Source: an uncultured Phycisphaerales bacterium (lineage in GTDB: Bacteria > Planctomycetota > Phycisphaerae > Tepidisphaerales > Tepidisphaeraceae). Taken from it: a DNA stretch of 64,000 bases. This document shows, one piece after another, positions 45,179-55,432 of this stretch. The first letter of the stretch is position 1; each line of letters opens with the position of its first letter. A program made the translations under genes and the position numbers. Under the pieces are notes generated by a model that worked only from the letters and a program-made list of their open reading frames with translations, was not told the DNA's origin and did not search any database. The stretch covers positions 128,001-192,000 of the forward strand of contig CAVWVQ010000005.1 in assembly GCA_963758525.1 (NCBI GenBank). Reading direction: 5' to 3'.

Positions 45179-45199
45179 ACATGAATCCGAGGCGTCAGA

Positions 45200-47533
45200 T
45201 TATGCCAACGCCGCTGCGATGAGATCAACACTGCCGCCGGAGCCGTTGATGTTGGTGCTCTTCACATAGCTGAGCGTCAACTTCTGTCCGGCGGATGCCG
45301 CCTTGTAGGTGATGGTGTAGAGATTCGTGTAAAGCCCGTTGCCCGACGCGGTGATGACAACGTCAGGCGCCGATCCATCGGAGAGATGGGCGGTGAGGGT
45401 GCTGCCGCTGGAGTTGCCGCCGGCATAAACGTACAGCGTTCGCGTGGTCGTGTCGGCAGGAGCCGTGAAGGCGTAGCCCGCGCCGATCGCGTTGTTGGCC
45501 CAGATGTAGCTGTGATCCGAGTCACTCGAGGTGGGGGTGCCGTCGCTCCATTGGACCGTGCGGGAGGAATCGTAATATGCGCCCTCGCTTCCCGAGCCGA
45601 GCACCTGGACGTTGCTGATCTGCGACCCGCCGCTGGCTTTGTGATCGAAGTTGCCGTAGCCGTTGCCGCGGCCCCAATGAGCCCAGTCCCTGGCGCCGAT
45701 CGCGGTGAGGTTGTACGACGAAGCGGCGGACACCATCTTCCCCGAGAAAGAACCCGAGCCCGACGAAGTATTTGAGCTGCTCGGAGTGCTCGTCTGTGCG
45801 GGGGCCGAATTCGTCGAACCACCCGTCAGATACGCCGCGACCAGGTCCGCGCTGCCGTTGGTGCCGACCACGTTGGCGGTTTTCAGCAGCGTGACGGTCA
45901 GATGCTGATTGGCCGACGACGCGTGATACGTGATCGTGTACTGCTTGGTGTAGATCCCCGAGGCAGAGCTGGTGGCGGTGAAGTCCGCCGACGACCCATC
46001 GGAGAGATGAGCCGTGAGCGTCGTTCCCGTGTTGTTGCCGCCTGCGATGACCGTCAACGTCCGGGTGGTCGTGTCGGCCGGAACGTTGAACGAAAAGCCC
46101 GTGTTCAGGGCGCCATTGCTCCAGATATAGCCGTTGTCATTGGAGTCCGAACCCGCCGGGCTTCCGTCGCTCCACGATGCACTGCGCGAGCCGTCGGAAT
46201 AACCCCCGGAGTTGGCTCCGCTGCCGACGGTGCTCACATTGGAGATCTGCGATCCGCCGCTCGATTTATGATCGAAGTTGCCGGAATTGCCGCCGCGGCC
46301 CCAGTGTGCCCAGTCGCTGCTGCCCAGCGACGTGAGATTGTACGACGAGGGCGCGTTGGCAACCTGGCCGGACAGCGAGTTGCTGCCGGAGGAAACCGTC
46401 GTGGTCGGCGTTGTGGAGGTGTTGGTGTTGGTGTTGGTGTTTGTCGAACCGGATGACGCCTGCACGTTTGCGCCGGCGTTCGTCGGCATCGAAGGAGGAT
46501 TGGAACTGCCGAGGGAAACGAGGTGATCGCCCGAACCGCTGATCGGCCCGATGTTCCACGGGACGCTGTCCAACGCAGAGCGCTGTCCGCCGACCACCGT
46601 GTTGTTATTGCTGCTGACGCCGCCGTAAGCGCCGTTCAGAATGTAATTTCCCCAGTTCCAGACATAATTGTTGTTCATGGTAATACCGCTGTACCCCATG
46701 ATCTCCACAGCGGATTTGGCCCACACCTGCACGTTTTGCGCCGGTCCGCTCTGAACCAGCACGTTGTTGCTGATGTTGATGTTCTGACCCTGGTCGGTGT
46801 ACGGCGCGTTCCCGCTGCCGCCATCCGTGCAGGAGATGCCGATATGTGAATCCTCGCCACCCGAACCCTGCTGGAGCCAGTCGCTCATGTAGTTGTTGGT
46901 GACGGTCAGATTATTGATCGAGTGCTGCAATTCGAAGCCGAAGCGGGTCGCATGCGTGACGACGTTGCCCGAGATCTCCAGCCCGTTGGCGGGGGAGTAG
47001 GAAACAAAGTGGATCGGCTCGATGACGTAATCAAAACGGTTATTGTCGACCTTGTTCCCTCCGGAGGGATAACCGTAGACGCCGCAGTTCAGATTGGTGA
47101 ACGTATTGTTGCTGACGCTGCTGTTGGCCATTGCGGTGTTGACGAATCCGCCGGCCGTTGACGAGTTTTCGACGAGGTTGTTGTGGAAATTGAGATTGTT
47201 CGTGTAGTCGGCCGAGACTTCCGCGCCGTTGAAGACAAATCCCGAGAGATTGACGTTGCTGGTGTAGCCGACGTTCACGATCGACCCGCTCCCGCCCTGG
47301 AAGACCGCGCCATTGCCCACGTACGTGCGGTTCCCCGGCAACTGCACCGTCGCACCTCCGTTTACCCCATAGGTGCCCGAAGAGAAATTAATCGTGTCCC
47401 CGTTATTGCTCCCATTGATGGCGGCAATGTAATTCCCGGGGTTCACGTTCACGACGCTGAACATCTGTCGTGCTTCGAGCCTCTCGGTGTGAACGGAGCA
47501 GCGAACGAAGCGCTGTTTGCGCTGAAATCCCAT
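45200..47533 (-). CDS. Large exported surface protein 4 (parallel beta-helix plus two DWAHWG domains)
   Basis: AAGGAGG RBS, ERLEARQMFS motif, Asn-ladder beta-helix repeats, a Thr/Asn linker and two DWAHWG modules. Confidence 0.85.
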   Translation of the reverse strand: MGFQRKQRFVRCSVHTERLEARQMFSVVNVNPGNYIAAINGSNNGDTINFSSGTYGVNGGATVQLPGNRTYVGNGAVFQGGSGSIVNVGYTSNVNLSGFVFNGAEVSADYTNNLNFHNNLVENSSTAGGFVNTAMANSSVSNNTFTNLNCGVYGYPSGGNKVDNNRFDYVIEPIHFVSYSPANGLEISGNVVTHATRFGFELQHSINNLTVTNNYMSDWLQQGSGGEDSHIGISCTDGGSGNAPYTDQGQNINISNNVLVQSGPAQNVQVWAKSAVEIMGYSGITMNNNYVWNWGNYILNGAYGGVSSNNNTVVGGQRSALDSVPWNIGPISGSGDHLVSLGSSNPPSMPTNAGANVQASSGSTNTNTNTNTSTTPTTTVSSGSNSLSGQVANAPSSYNLTSLGSSDWAHWGRGGNSGNFDHKSSGGSQISNVSTVGSGANSGGYSDGSRSASWSDGSPAGSDSNDNGYIWSNGALNTGFSFNVPADTTTRTLTVIAGGNNTGTTLTAHLSDGSSADFTATSSASGIYTKQYTITYHASSANQHLTVTLLKTANVVGTNGSADLVAAYLTGGSTNSAPAQTSTPSSSNTSSGSGSFSGKMVSAASSYNLTAIGARDWAHWGRGNGYGNFDHKASGGSQISNVQVLGSGSEGAYYDSSRTVQWSDGTPTSSDSDHSYIWANNAIGAGYAFTAPADTTTRTLYVYAGGNSSGSTLTAHLSDGSAPDVVITASGNGLYTNLYTITYKAASAGQKLTLSYVKSTNINGSGGSVDLIAAALA

Positions 47534-48481
47534 TTTGCCTCCTTGGCGGTTATCGAAGGCTGTGGAATCGGCCTGCGCACGGGCGGCAAGCGTCCAGCCT
47601 TCGGGGTGCAACGACTCAGTTGTGATTGCGGGGATCGGAATGATGTTCACCAATCCCGCGAGTCGGCTTATAGCGGCATCTCCAAACGATGTCAGCCCAA
47701 ATCCAGACGAAAAATAAAAAAATTTGCCGCGCGATTCATACACGTGCTGTTGTTTCACGCGGATATGGACAGCAATAATTTGAAATCGTCTAGCAATAAT
47801 ATGCTATGGCGAAAAGACCCTCCCCGCCGGGTGCAGTCTCCGCGCGCGAAGCTGAAAAACGCGTGGAAACAAGGGGTCTGCGGCCGTGATTTCCCTGAAA
47901 TTAAAATCGACGATCACGTCATTCGCCCGTTGTTGCGGGAAGGTTCAGGCGACGCCTCAAGTCCGTGATTCGCGGGCGCCGCAGCGCGCCCCCCGTGGCG
48001 GCAAAAAAAATTTGCTATCCCTCCCCCGAATTGGGTTGTTGAATCCAACAAAGCAATTCCGCATCCGCTGTGCAATATAAAGCACGAACCCAATGTTTGC
48101 AGTGAGCTAAAAGGGGACATGATCAAAAATGCCTATGTTGAATCGAAAATATATATTTTTTCCGCTGCCCAGGTGGTGAAACTGTCAGTTTCGGCAACTT
48201 AGGTGTATGAGATAAAAGGCTGACTCCAGAGCGGAGAAAAAAACTCAAAAAAAATCCAGATGGTGCGGTGCAATGGCACAGGAAAAAAATCTTTTATTTT
48301 TGAGATGACTGGGCCGCGTCCGGAGGCCCCCGGCAAACGTGCGTTCTCCTAAAGAAACGCCCGACAAGGCTGCCGTATTTAACATGCGGAGAACGCGGGC
48401 ATCATCCCGGCCTCTCTGCTACCATTGGCCGCACCTTCCTGGCGGCGTTCGGGATCGTGCGGCAGGAACGAGGCAACGCTT

Positions 48482-49807
48482 ATGTCCGAGAAAATTATCC
48501 GCGATCCGGTGCACGACGTGATCGCGTTCCGAACCTCCCGTCCCGCCGAGATGCTCCTCTTCAAGCTGCTGGGAGCTGCCGAATTCCAACGCCTGCGCCG
48601 CGTGCGCCAGTTGGGCATGGCTCACCTGGCTTACCCGGGCGCAGATCATTCGCGTTACGGACACAGTCTGGGTGCGATGGAGACCGCGCGCCGCATCCTC
48701 GATTGCCTGCGGCGGGATCACCCCATCGACGAAGCCGGCGAAGTCGTCTGCCTTGCGGCAGTGCTGCTTCACGACCTCGGGCACGGCCCGTTCAGTCACG
48801 TCTTTGAACGCGTCAGTGGCATTCATCACGAAAAGATCACCCGCCAGATCATCGAAGACGCGGACGGGGAGGTTTATCAGTTGCTTGCCGAGTACGATCC
48901 GCAACTGCCGCGCAAGGTAGCCGACCTGCTGGGAGATTCCGGTCCGCCGTCACTCTTCCACGACATTCTCTCCAGCCAGCTCGACGCCGATCGGCTCGAT
49001 TATCTGCTGCGCGACAACCTCATGACCGGAAGCCGTTATGGCGACTATGATCTCAACTGGCTTCTGCACGCGCTGACGGTCGATCAGGCGACTAATCGCC
49101 TCGCCATCACGTGGAAGGGGATCAGTGCCGTCGAGGCGTATCTGCAATCGCGTTATCACATGTATCGCAATGTCTATTTTCACAAGGTCGTCCGCAGTGC
49201 CGAGGGAATGGTGAAGCTCGCGCTGCAACGCGCCAAAAGACTGGCCGTTCAGGACCGTCTTCCGTGGCCTTTGCGGGAACAGGTCGTTTTCAAAGCCCTG
49301 CTCGGACAGCGCCTGAGCACCGCGGAGTTCACCGACCTCGACGACGTCTCGTTGATGCACTGTTTCAAAGTCTGGTCGACCTCCGACGACGCGCCGCTCG
49401 CCGGCCTGTGTCGAGGATTGCTCTACCGCAGGCTTTTCAAAACGATCGATCTGACCTCGCTGGAGCAACAATCTGCAACCGCCGCCGCGGCCGCCGCCGC
49501 CGCGGCGATCGAAGCAGCCGGCGGAGATCCCCAGTATGACCTGATTTACGATCAGCCGGCGGACACCCCGTACGAACTCGGCCTTCACTCCCAGGACATC
49601 GAGATTCAAGTCCGCGACCCCAGCGGCCGGCTCGTTCCGTTCGCTTCTCTTTCTCCGCTCCCGGCCGCGCTCAATCAGCGGCTAGAATTCCGCCGCCTTC
49701 ACGTGGCCGAACCATGGAAGCAGATCGCCCTGCGCAGACTGAACCTTTTCTGCAGAGATGCTGAGCTTCGAAAATCACCGCTCAAACGCCGCTTCGTTCG
49801 CCGGTAA
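48482..49807 (+). CDS. HD-domain phosphohydrolase (SAMHD1/dNTPase-like)
   Basis: RDPVH, FQRLRRVRQLG, HSRYGHSLG, LLHDLGHGPFSH, LDADRLDY and VYFHK. Confidence 0.93.
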   Translation: MSEKIIRDPVHDVIAFRTSRPAEMLLFKLLGAAEFQRLRRVRQLGMAHLAYPGADHSRYGHSLGAMETARRILDCLRRDHPIDEAGEVVCLAAVLLHDLGHGPFSHVFERVSGIHHEKITRQIIEDADGEVYQLLAEYDPQLPRKVADLLGDSGPPSLFHDILSSQLDADRLDYLLRDNLMTGSRYGDYDLNWLLHALTVDQATNRLAITWKGISAVEAYLQSRYHMYRNVYFHKVVRSAEGMVKLALQRAKRLAVQDRLPWPLREQVVFKALLGQRLSTAEFTDLDDVSLMHCFKVWSTSDDAPLAGLCRGLLYRRLFKTIDLTSLEQQSATAAAAAAAAAIEAAGGDPQYDLIYDQPADTPYELGLHSQDIEIQVRDPSGRLVPFASLSPLPAALNQRLEFRRLHVAEPWKQIALRRLNLFCRDAELRKSPLKRRFVRR

Positions 49808-50341
49808 GTTCTGCTCCTTCAAATGCTCGATCAGCAGCGACACATAACTCGCCTTGATCGCCGGCCGTGCGCTCAGCCCGAGCGATTCCCGGACGCGCAT
49901 CACCGCTGATTCACCCGGTCCCTCAATCTCGACAAACCGCCCCAGCCTCGGCAGTTCGTCCAATTCCACCTTGCAATCCGCCAGTTCCCACGTTTCCCGA
50001 TGTTTCTCAAATGTGAAGACCGGACCGTAACCAAGCGTCCCCAGAAATCGCAACGCTTCGTCCACGCTGGCAACGGTCAATTCGTTTTCCTCCCGGCTCT
50101 TGAGCGGCCCGGGCTGAAGCGGACCCTTGATCGTCAGAACCACGTCCTCGCTTTGATCGGCCAGATTGCGATTGACGCGGACGCGCAGTCCCTTTCCGGA
50201 CCGCTGCAACGCGTGATCGGCCGTGTCGAGAATGTGATTGATCTCGAACACCTTGCTGACCTGCCGCGCGCCGCTCGCAACCAGAGCGCTGCGTACGGCG
50301 TCGTGATCCTCCACCGCCATCTTCGCTTCGATTTCCACCAT
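49775..50341 (-). CDS. CYTH domain protein (class IV adenylate cyclase-like)
   Basis: EIEAK, LRVR, TIKGP, REENE, FEKHR and FVEIEG. Confidence 0.9.
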   Translation of the reverse strand: MVEIEAKMAVEDHDAVRSALVASGARQVSKVFEINHILDTADHALQRSGKGLRVRVNRNLADQSEDVVLTIKGPLQPGPLKSREENELTVASVDEALRFLGTLGYGPVFTFEKHRETWELADCKVELDELPRLGRFVEIEGPGESAVMRVRESLGLSARPAIKASYVSLLIEHLKEQNLPANEAAFER

Positions 50342-50465
50342 ACTGTAAAACGGGTTTCTCACCCGTTCCCGCTGCTATTGGAGAGAGAAACCCCCGATCC
50401 CTGCTTCCCATCCACTTCCGTCCAAATGTCCGCCGCCACGGACGGGTTGGAAGCCGGTGCTACCG

Positions 50466-53390
50466 TCAAACGACCACAAAATTCACCAGCTTCTTCGGCA
50501 CATACAACTTCTTCCTCATCGATTTGCCCTCGATCCACGGCCGCACCTTCTCCGCTCTGATCGCCATTTCCAGGATCGACGCCTCGTCCGCGTCCTGCGC
50601 CACGGTAATCTTGTCCCGCAGCTTCCCGTTCACCTGAACCGGCAATTCCATCGTCGACTCGATGAGCTTGCTTTCGTCCACCGTCGGCCAGGGCCTGTGC
50701 GACAGACTGCGGTGGTGCCCAAGCCGTTCCCACAACTCCTCGGCAATGTGCGGCGCAAATGGCGCAAGCATCAGCACCAGATTCTCCGCCAGTTCGCGGG
50801 GCACACCGGAAAGACCGGTGATTGCGTTGTTCAACTTGATCAACTCCGCGATCGCCGTGTTAAAACGCAAAACAGCAATGTCGTCGGCAACTTTTTTGAT
50901 GGTCCGGTGCATCTGCCGCTCCAGTGCCTCGGGGATCGCGCCGTCAACCACGCGCATCGGCGCATTCTGATCTTCGCTGTCGCCTGCCAGATTGCGCCAA
51001 ACGGAGTTGAGGAATCGTGACATCCCGACGATGTCGCGCGTATTCCACGGCTTCTGCGCCTCCAGCGGACCCAGATACATTTCATAGAGCCGGAATGCGT
51101 CGGCTCCATAGTCCCCGACGATCCGGTCGGGGTTGACCACGTTGCCGCGGCTTTTGCTCATCTTGAAACTGCGGCCGTCCACTCGAATCCCCGTCTCTCC
51201 GCGCAGCCGATATCCTTCGCTCGATTTCTCGATATCCTGTTCCGTCAGCCGCCGTCCGATCAGCCGCTCTCCCGTCGTCTGATGAAACGCGATCACCTTC
51301 ACCCCCTCTTCGTCCGCCTCTTCCTCGACATCGCGCACATCGCTCAAGCTGACCAACGCGCCCGTTGCTGTCTCGAATACCTGATATTCCGTCTCGCCCA
51401 GGATCAATCCCTGATTGATCAGCCGCGCGAACGGCTCGGCCGTGCTGACGTGTCCCAGATCGAACAGCACCTTGTGCCAGAACCGCGCGTACAGCAGATG
51501 CAGCACCGCGTGCTCGACGCCGCCGATGTAGAGATCGACCGGCATCCAGTATCGCTCCTTCGCCCGGTCCACAAACGCGCTCTCATTGAGCGGATCGATA
51601 TACCTCAGGTAATACCAGCACGAACCCGCCCATTGAGGCATCGTGTTGGTTTCGCGCGTGTACTGTTTCCCGTCAATCTCCACGCGCATCCAGTCCTTCG
51701 CTTTGCTTAACGGCGGCTCCGGCGTGCCCGTCGGACGAAAGTCGGTCAGCTCCGGCAACGTCACCGGCAGCGCCGACTCCGGGAGCGCATGCGCATTCCC
51801 CTGGTCATCCAGCACCAGCGGAAAGGGTTCGCCCCAATACCGCTGCCGGCTGAAAAGCCAGTCGCGCAACTTATAATTCACCGACCCGTGCCCGACCTCC
51901 TTCTCCTCCAGCAGGGCGATCATCTTCTCTTTCGCCGCAGCGGTCGGAAGCCCGTTCAGCTCCCCTGAGTTCACCGCAATTCCCTCTTTTGTATATGCAG
52001 CGCTCCCGGGGACATCCGAACCGTCCGCCGGCGCCACGACGATGCGAATCGGCAGATTGAATTTGACGGCGAACTCGTAATCCCGCTCATCGTGCCCTGG
52101 AACCGCCATGATCGCGCCCGTGCCGTAGCCCATCAGCACGTAGTCCGCGATGTAAATTGGGAGCCGTTCACCGTTGACCGGATTAATCGCAAACGCCCCG
52201 AGGAAAACGCCCGACTTGTCTTTTGTTTCGATCTGCCGATCGCGCTCGCTCTTGCCCGCCACGACCGTGCGATACGCTTCAATCGTCTCGCGGTGCGCAT
52301 CAGGCGTGATGCGATCCACCAGGGGATGCTCCGGCGCCAGCACCAGGTACGTCGCCCCATACAGGGTGTCCGGCCGGGTCGTGAAGACGGTGAGGGTCAG
52401 CTCTTCGTCAGCATCGTCGTCGATCTCGCCGCGACGTTCGTCGCTCGCGATCGTCTTCGCGTCCGGCGGAGCGATCTCAAAATCCACCTCCGCGCCGATG
52501 CTCCTTCCGATCCAGTTCCGCTGCATCTCCTTGAGCGATTCGGGCCATTGCAGCGTATCCAGGTCGGCGAGCAGCCGATCCGCGTACGCCGTGATGCGCA
52601 GCATCCACTGCCGCATCGGCCGTCGCTCAACCGCAAACCCGCCCACCTCGCTCTTGCCGTCGATCACTTCTTCATTGGACAAAACCGTTCCCAGCCCCGG
52701 ACACCAATTGACCGGCACCTCATCCGTATACGCCAATCGCTGCGCGTCGATCACGTCGCGCTGCTCCTGGGGCGGCAGTTCTCGCCACAGCCGCTCGACG
52801 CGCACGTCCCCGCTCACCTCCTGCAATCCCTCCGCCACCGGATTCAGCACCACCGTGTTATCCGGCGCGACCACCAGCGACTCATTCAACAGCGCCTCGC
52901 GCAGGTGCGCAATGGGCATTGCCTTTTGGCTGATGGGATCGAAATAGCTGTTGAACAGTTGCAGGAAGATCCACTGCGTCCAGCGGTAATATTTCGGATC
53001 GGTGGTATCGACCTCGCGATCCCAGTCGTAGCTGAGACCCAGCATCTGGATCTGCCGCCGAAAGTTCGCGATGTTGTTCTCGGTGGTTTCCCGCGGGTGC
53101 GTGTTGTTCTTGATGGCATACTGCTCTGCCGGCAACCCAAACGCGTCCCATCCCATCGGATGCAGCACGTTGTACCCCTTCATCCGCAGGTAGCGCGACA
53201 CGATATCCGTGGCCGTATAACCCTCCGGATGCCCAACATGGAGCCCCGCGCCGCTGGGGTAAGGGAACATGTCCAGCACGTACGCTTTGGGCATCCCCCC
53301 GGCATCCTGCGGCTCCAGCGCCCGGAATGTCTTGTTCTCCAGCCAGTAGCGCTGCCATTTCTTCTCAATTGACGTGAAGTTATAGGCCAT
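50466..53390 (-). CDS. leuS: Leucine--tRNA ligase
   Basis: [50 protein letters not shown] and KMSKS. Confidence 0.98.
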   Translation of the reverse strand: MAYNFTSIEKKWQRYWLENKTFRALEPQDAGGMPKAYVLDMFPYPSGAGLHVGHPEGYTATDIVSRYLRMKGYNVLHPMGWDAFGLPAEQYAIKNNTHPRETTENNIANFRRQIQMLGLSYDWDREVDTTDPKYYRWTQWIFLQLFNSYFDPISQKAMPIAHLREALLNESLVVAPDNTVVLNPVAEGLQEVSGDVRVERLWRELPPQEQRDVIDAQRLAYTDEVPVNWCPGLGTVLSNEEVIDGKSEVGGFAVERRPMRQWMLRITAYADRLLADLDTLQWPESLKEMQRNWIGRSIGAEVDFEIAPPDAKTIASDERRGEIDDDADEELTLTVFTTRPDTLYGATYLVLAPEHPLVDRITPDAHRETIEAYRTVVAGKSERDRQIETKDKSGVFLGAFAINPVNGERLPIYIADYVLMGYGTGAIMAVPGHDERDYEFAVKFNLPIRIVVAPADGSDVPGSAAYTKEGIAVNSGELNGLPTAAAKEKMIALLEEKEVGHGSVNYKLRDWLFSRQRYWGEPFPLVLDDQGNAHALPESALPVTLPELTDFRPTGTPEPPLSKAKDWMRVEIDGKQYTRETNTMPQWAGSCWYYLRYIDPLNESAFVDRAKERYWMPVDLYIGGVEHAVLHLLYARFWHKVLFDLGHVSTAEPFARLINQGLILGETEYQVFETATGALVSLSDVRDVEEEADEEGVKVIAFHQTTGERLIGRRLTEQDIEKSSEGYRLRGETGIRVDGRSFKMSKSRGNVVNPDRIVGDYGADAFRLYEMYLGPLEAQKPWNTRDIVGMSRFLNSVWRNLAGDSEDQNAPMRVVDGAIPEALERQMHRTIKKVADDIAVLRFNTAIAELIKLNNAITGLSGVPRELAENLVLMLAPFAPHIAEELWERLGHHRSLSHRPWPTVDESKLIESTMELPVQVNGKLRDKITVAQDADEASILEMAIRAEKVRPWIEGKSMRKKLYVPKKLVNFVVV

Positions 53391-53516
53391 GGGCTGTCGT
53401 GTTCCTTTGCGCAAAAAGCTAAGGCGTCATCATCCATGAGCGTCACTGAAAAATCGAGCGGGGATAGCAAAAACCCGAACGAAGAAATGGGAAATGTGGA
53501 TCAAAATCCGAAGAAT

Positions 53517-53577
53517 TCCACCCCCAGAGGGGGTGGCTTTTCTGATGCGCCTGAAAGCCACCCCCTCCGGGGGTGGA
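53517..53577. repeat. REPIN-like doublet of palindromes
   Basis: TCCACCCCCAGAGGGGGTGGCTTT ... AAAGCCACCCCCTCCGGGGGTGGA. Confidence 0.7.
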
Positions 53578-53696
53578 GCATCCTTTTGATCTATTCCTCG
53601 TTTGGGGTTTCGTCTTTTGCCCCCTTCGAATTCTCGCTATCCCGCCCCTCCCTCCGCCTATAACAAAAATTCCACGCATCTTCTCAAGTTTTCCTC

Positions 53697-53723
53697 CAAG
53701 GCCGAGGCGAACCGTTCCGATAA
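53697..53723 (+). promoter_or_regulatory. Sigma-28-type promoter for the PilZ gene
   Basis: CAAG-N15-TCCGATAA. Confidence 0.5.
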
Positions 53724-53814
53724 CCACCATGGGAGACGACCCGCAACCCGTGGCGAACACTCCCGCCGGACTTTTCCCACGGGCTGCTGAGTCGAGATCG
53801 ACGGAGGTATCGCT

Positions 53815-54195
53815 ATGACACTGTTACTCTCTACAGCCGACTTGGAACTGAACGACGAGCCCGGCTCTGAGCGGCGGCGCGGATTGCGCATCCGCCAGCA
53901 GCGTCCCGTGAAAATTTTCGAACCCATGGCCGGCCGATACTTCGGCGGGCAGACCGAAGACGTCAGCTCCACCGGGCTGCGCCTCGAACTGCCTGTCTCT
54001 GCCAGCGTCCGTCCCGGCGAATCGCTCAACATTCACGTCGGCCTCAACGAGAACGGCCAGTCCCTCGCCAACCGGCGCCAGATGCTCGCGGCCCGCGTCG
54101 TCTGGGTCAGCCGCAATCGCTCCCGCAAAACCGGCAAAATGGAGGCCGGCGTCGAATTCCTCTCCAGCATCGCCGCCCATCTGGACGCGGCCTGA
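53815..54195 (+). CDS. PilZ domain protein
   Basis: ERRRGLR (RxxxR), DVSSTG (DxSxxG), ARVVW and GVEF. Confidence 0.9.
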   Translation: MTLLLSTADLELNDEPGSERRRGLRIRQQRPVKIFEPMAGRYFGGQTEDVSSTGLRLELPVSASVRPGESLNIHVGLNENGQSLANRRQMLAARVVWVSRNRSRKTGKMEAGVEFLSSIAAHLDAA

Positions 54196-54299
54196 ACTCA
54201 ACGAGAAGCGCAGAAGCCAGGAGTCTGTGGATCTCCCAAAGCCAGCGGATTGCCATCAGTTGGGACTTGATCTGGGCTTTGACCGCTCGAGCCTCTCGA

Positions 54300-54602
54300 T
54301 CAGAGGAAGAGCCACTCGATGAGCGCGGTCAGGATCAGTAGCGCGCCGATCAAATACATGCAGAGGATGGTGTAGTAAAAGGCGAGCGGGTTGCTTTCGC
54401 GGTTGATCCCGGCAGGCGGAGGTTCATCACCTTGATAGCCGGTGGTCAATAACCAGTCGGACAAGTAGCGGGGGCGCGGGGGGCCAGTCAGCGCGCCGGT
54501 TTTTGCGGCGGCGAAACCGAGAATGACCAGTACCAGCCCGATGATGAGCGGAACGGCCGGGAAAGAGGGATCGGATTGCGTGGCGGCCAAAGCCCAGCCC
54601 AT
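54300..54602 (-). CDS. Small hypothetical membrane protein
   Basis: Two TM helices with a RESNPLAFY motif. Confidence 0.5.
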   Translation of the reverse strand: MGWALAATQSDPSFPAVPLIIGLVLVILGFAAAKTGALTGPPRPRYLSDWLLTTGYQGDEPPPAGINRESNPLAFYYTILCMYLIGALLILTALIEWLFL

Positions 54603-54703
54603 GAGATCGGCATCGGCTCTTGGGCGCGGGTACTTGATGGGACTGAGCGCCAAACGTCCAGAAAGCGACGTTGGACGCGCTTCGCTTCGGCTTCGCGGCG
54701 CGG

Positions 54704-55432
54704 CTAGGAGCCCGTTTCAGAACTTGGAGCGCTACCTGCCCCCGCTCCCAATAACCTTTCGCGTGCGCGGCGATACTCGTCGCTGAGGTGCCGTTGTTTT
54801 TTCTTTTCCAGAATCTCCCGCACCGCTGCCGCATCCAGCTTCAGGTTACGGACCAGCGCCACCTGCCATGACGCATATTCTTCGGGCGCCGCAGTCTGCG
54901 TGTCCTCAAAGGCCAGCTTGATCCCGCGCACGGCAGCGATCGCGAGCCTGTGCAGAAACTTCTCCAGGCTGCCCGAGTCCTTGTACAGCTCCATCGAATT
55001 CACGTAGACCATCGAGGAGTCGTCGTAGCCAAGCATCAGATTGTACGGCACATCCGTCGTCTTCCGAACCGTGACGCCGGATGGAAAGTTCGTGCGCACA
55101 TCGCCCACGTTTCGGAAATCCGAGCGGAACTGCACGCGCGGCATGCCGAGCATGCTCGCCACCACGTACTCGGCGACCGTCCCCGAATCCAATTCCGTTC
55201 CGTTCATATTGGCAAAGACAAAATCACGCTGAATCATTCCCAGGTAGTCGGCCGACCGCGTTGCCGCGCCGTCGCCGGTCTCCTGTGTCGATAAATCCTG
55301 CGGCAAATCCATCTGAATGATCCCTTGCGACACGCGGTTGATCTCATCCGCCAGGACGCGATTGCCCTGCAGTTCCTGCGCGGAGAAAAGAGCGCCCGCG
55401 AAATAACCGGTGAGTTTGAATTCCTCAGACAT
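54704..55432 (-). CDS. Nucleoside 2-deoxyribosyltransferase/N-glycosidase family protein
   Basis: YFAGALFS, LPQD, DSGTVAEY, SDFR and NLM. Confidence 0.8.
   Translation of the reverse strand: MSEEFKLTGYFAGALFSAQELQGNRVLADEINRVSQGIIQMDLPQDLSTQETGDGAATRSADYLGMIQRDFVFANMNGTELDSGTVAEYVVASMLGMPRVQFRSDFRNVGDVRTNFPSGVTVRKTTDVPYNLMLGYDDSSMVYVNSMELYKDSGSLEKFLHRLAIAAVRGIKLAFEDTQTAAPEEYASWQVALVRNLKLDAAAVREILEKKKQRHLSDEYRRARERLLGAGAGSAPSSETGS

Noticed and set aside
29196..47533. Repeated modules as a diversity-generating retroelement or CRISPR-like array
   Set aside because: All repeats are in-frame protein domains. I saw no adenine-specific pattern of differences, no reverse transcriptase, no cas genes and no repeat-spacer periodicity.
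47990..48310. AT-rich tract as oriC
   Set aside because: No recognisable DnaA boxes, and it is about 10 kb from dnaA. A promoter region is more likely.
48482..50341. HD phosphohydrolase plus CYTH as a nucleotide-signalling defence pair
   Set aside because: The genes are convergent, both families are common housekeeping proteins, and the CYTH gene follows leuS on the same strand.
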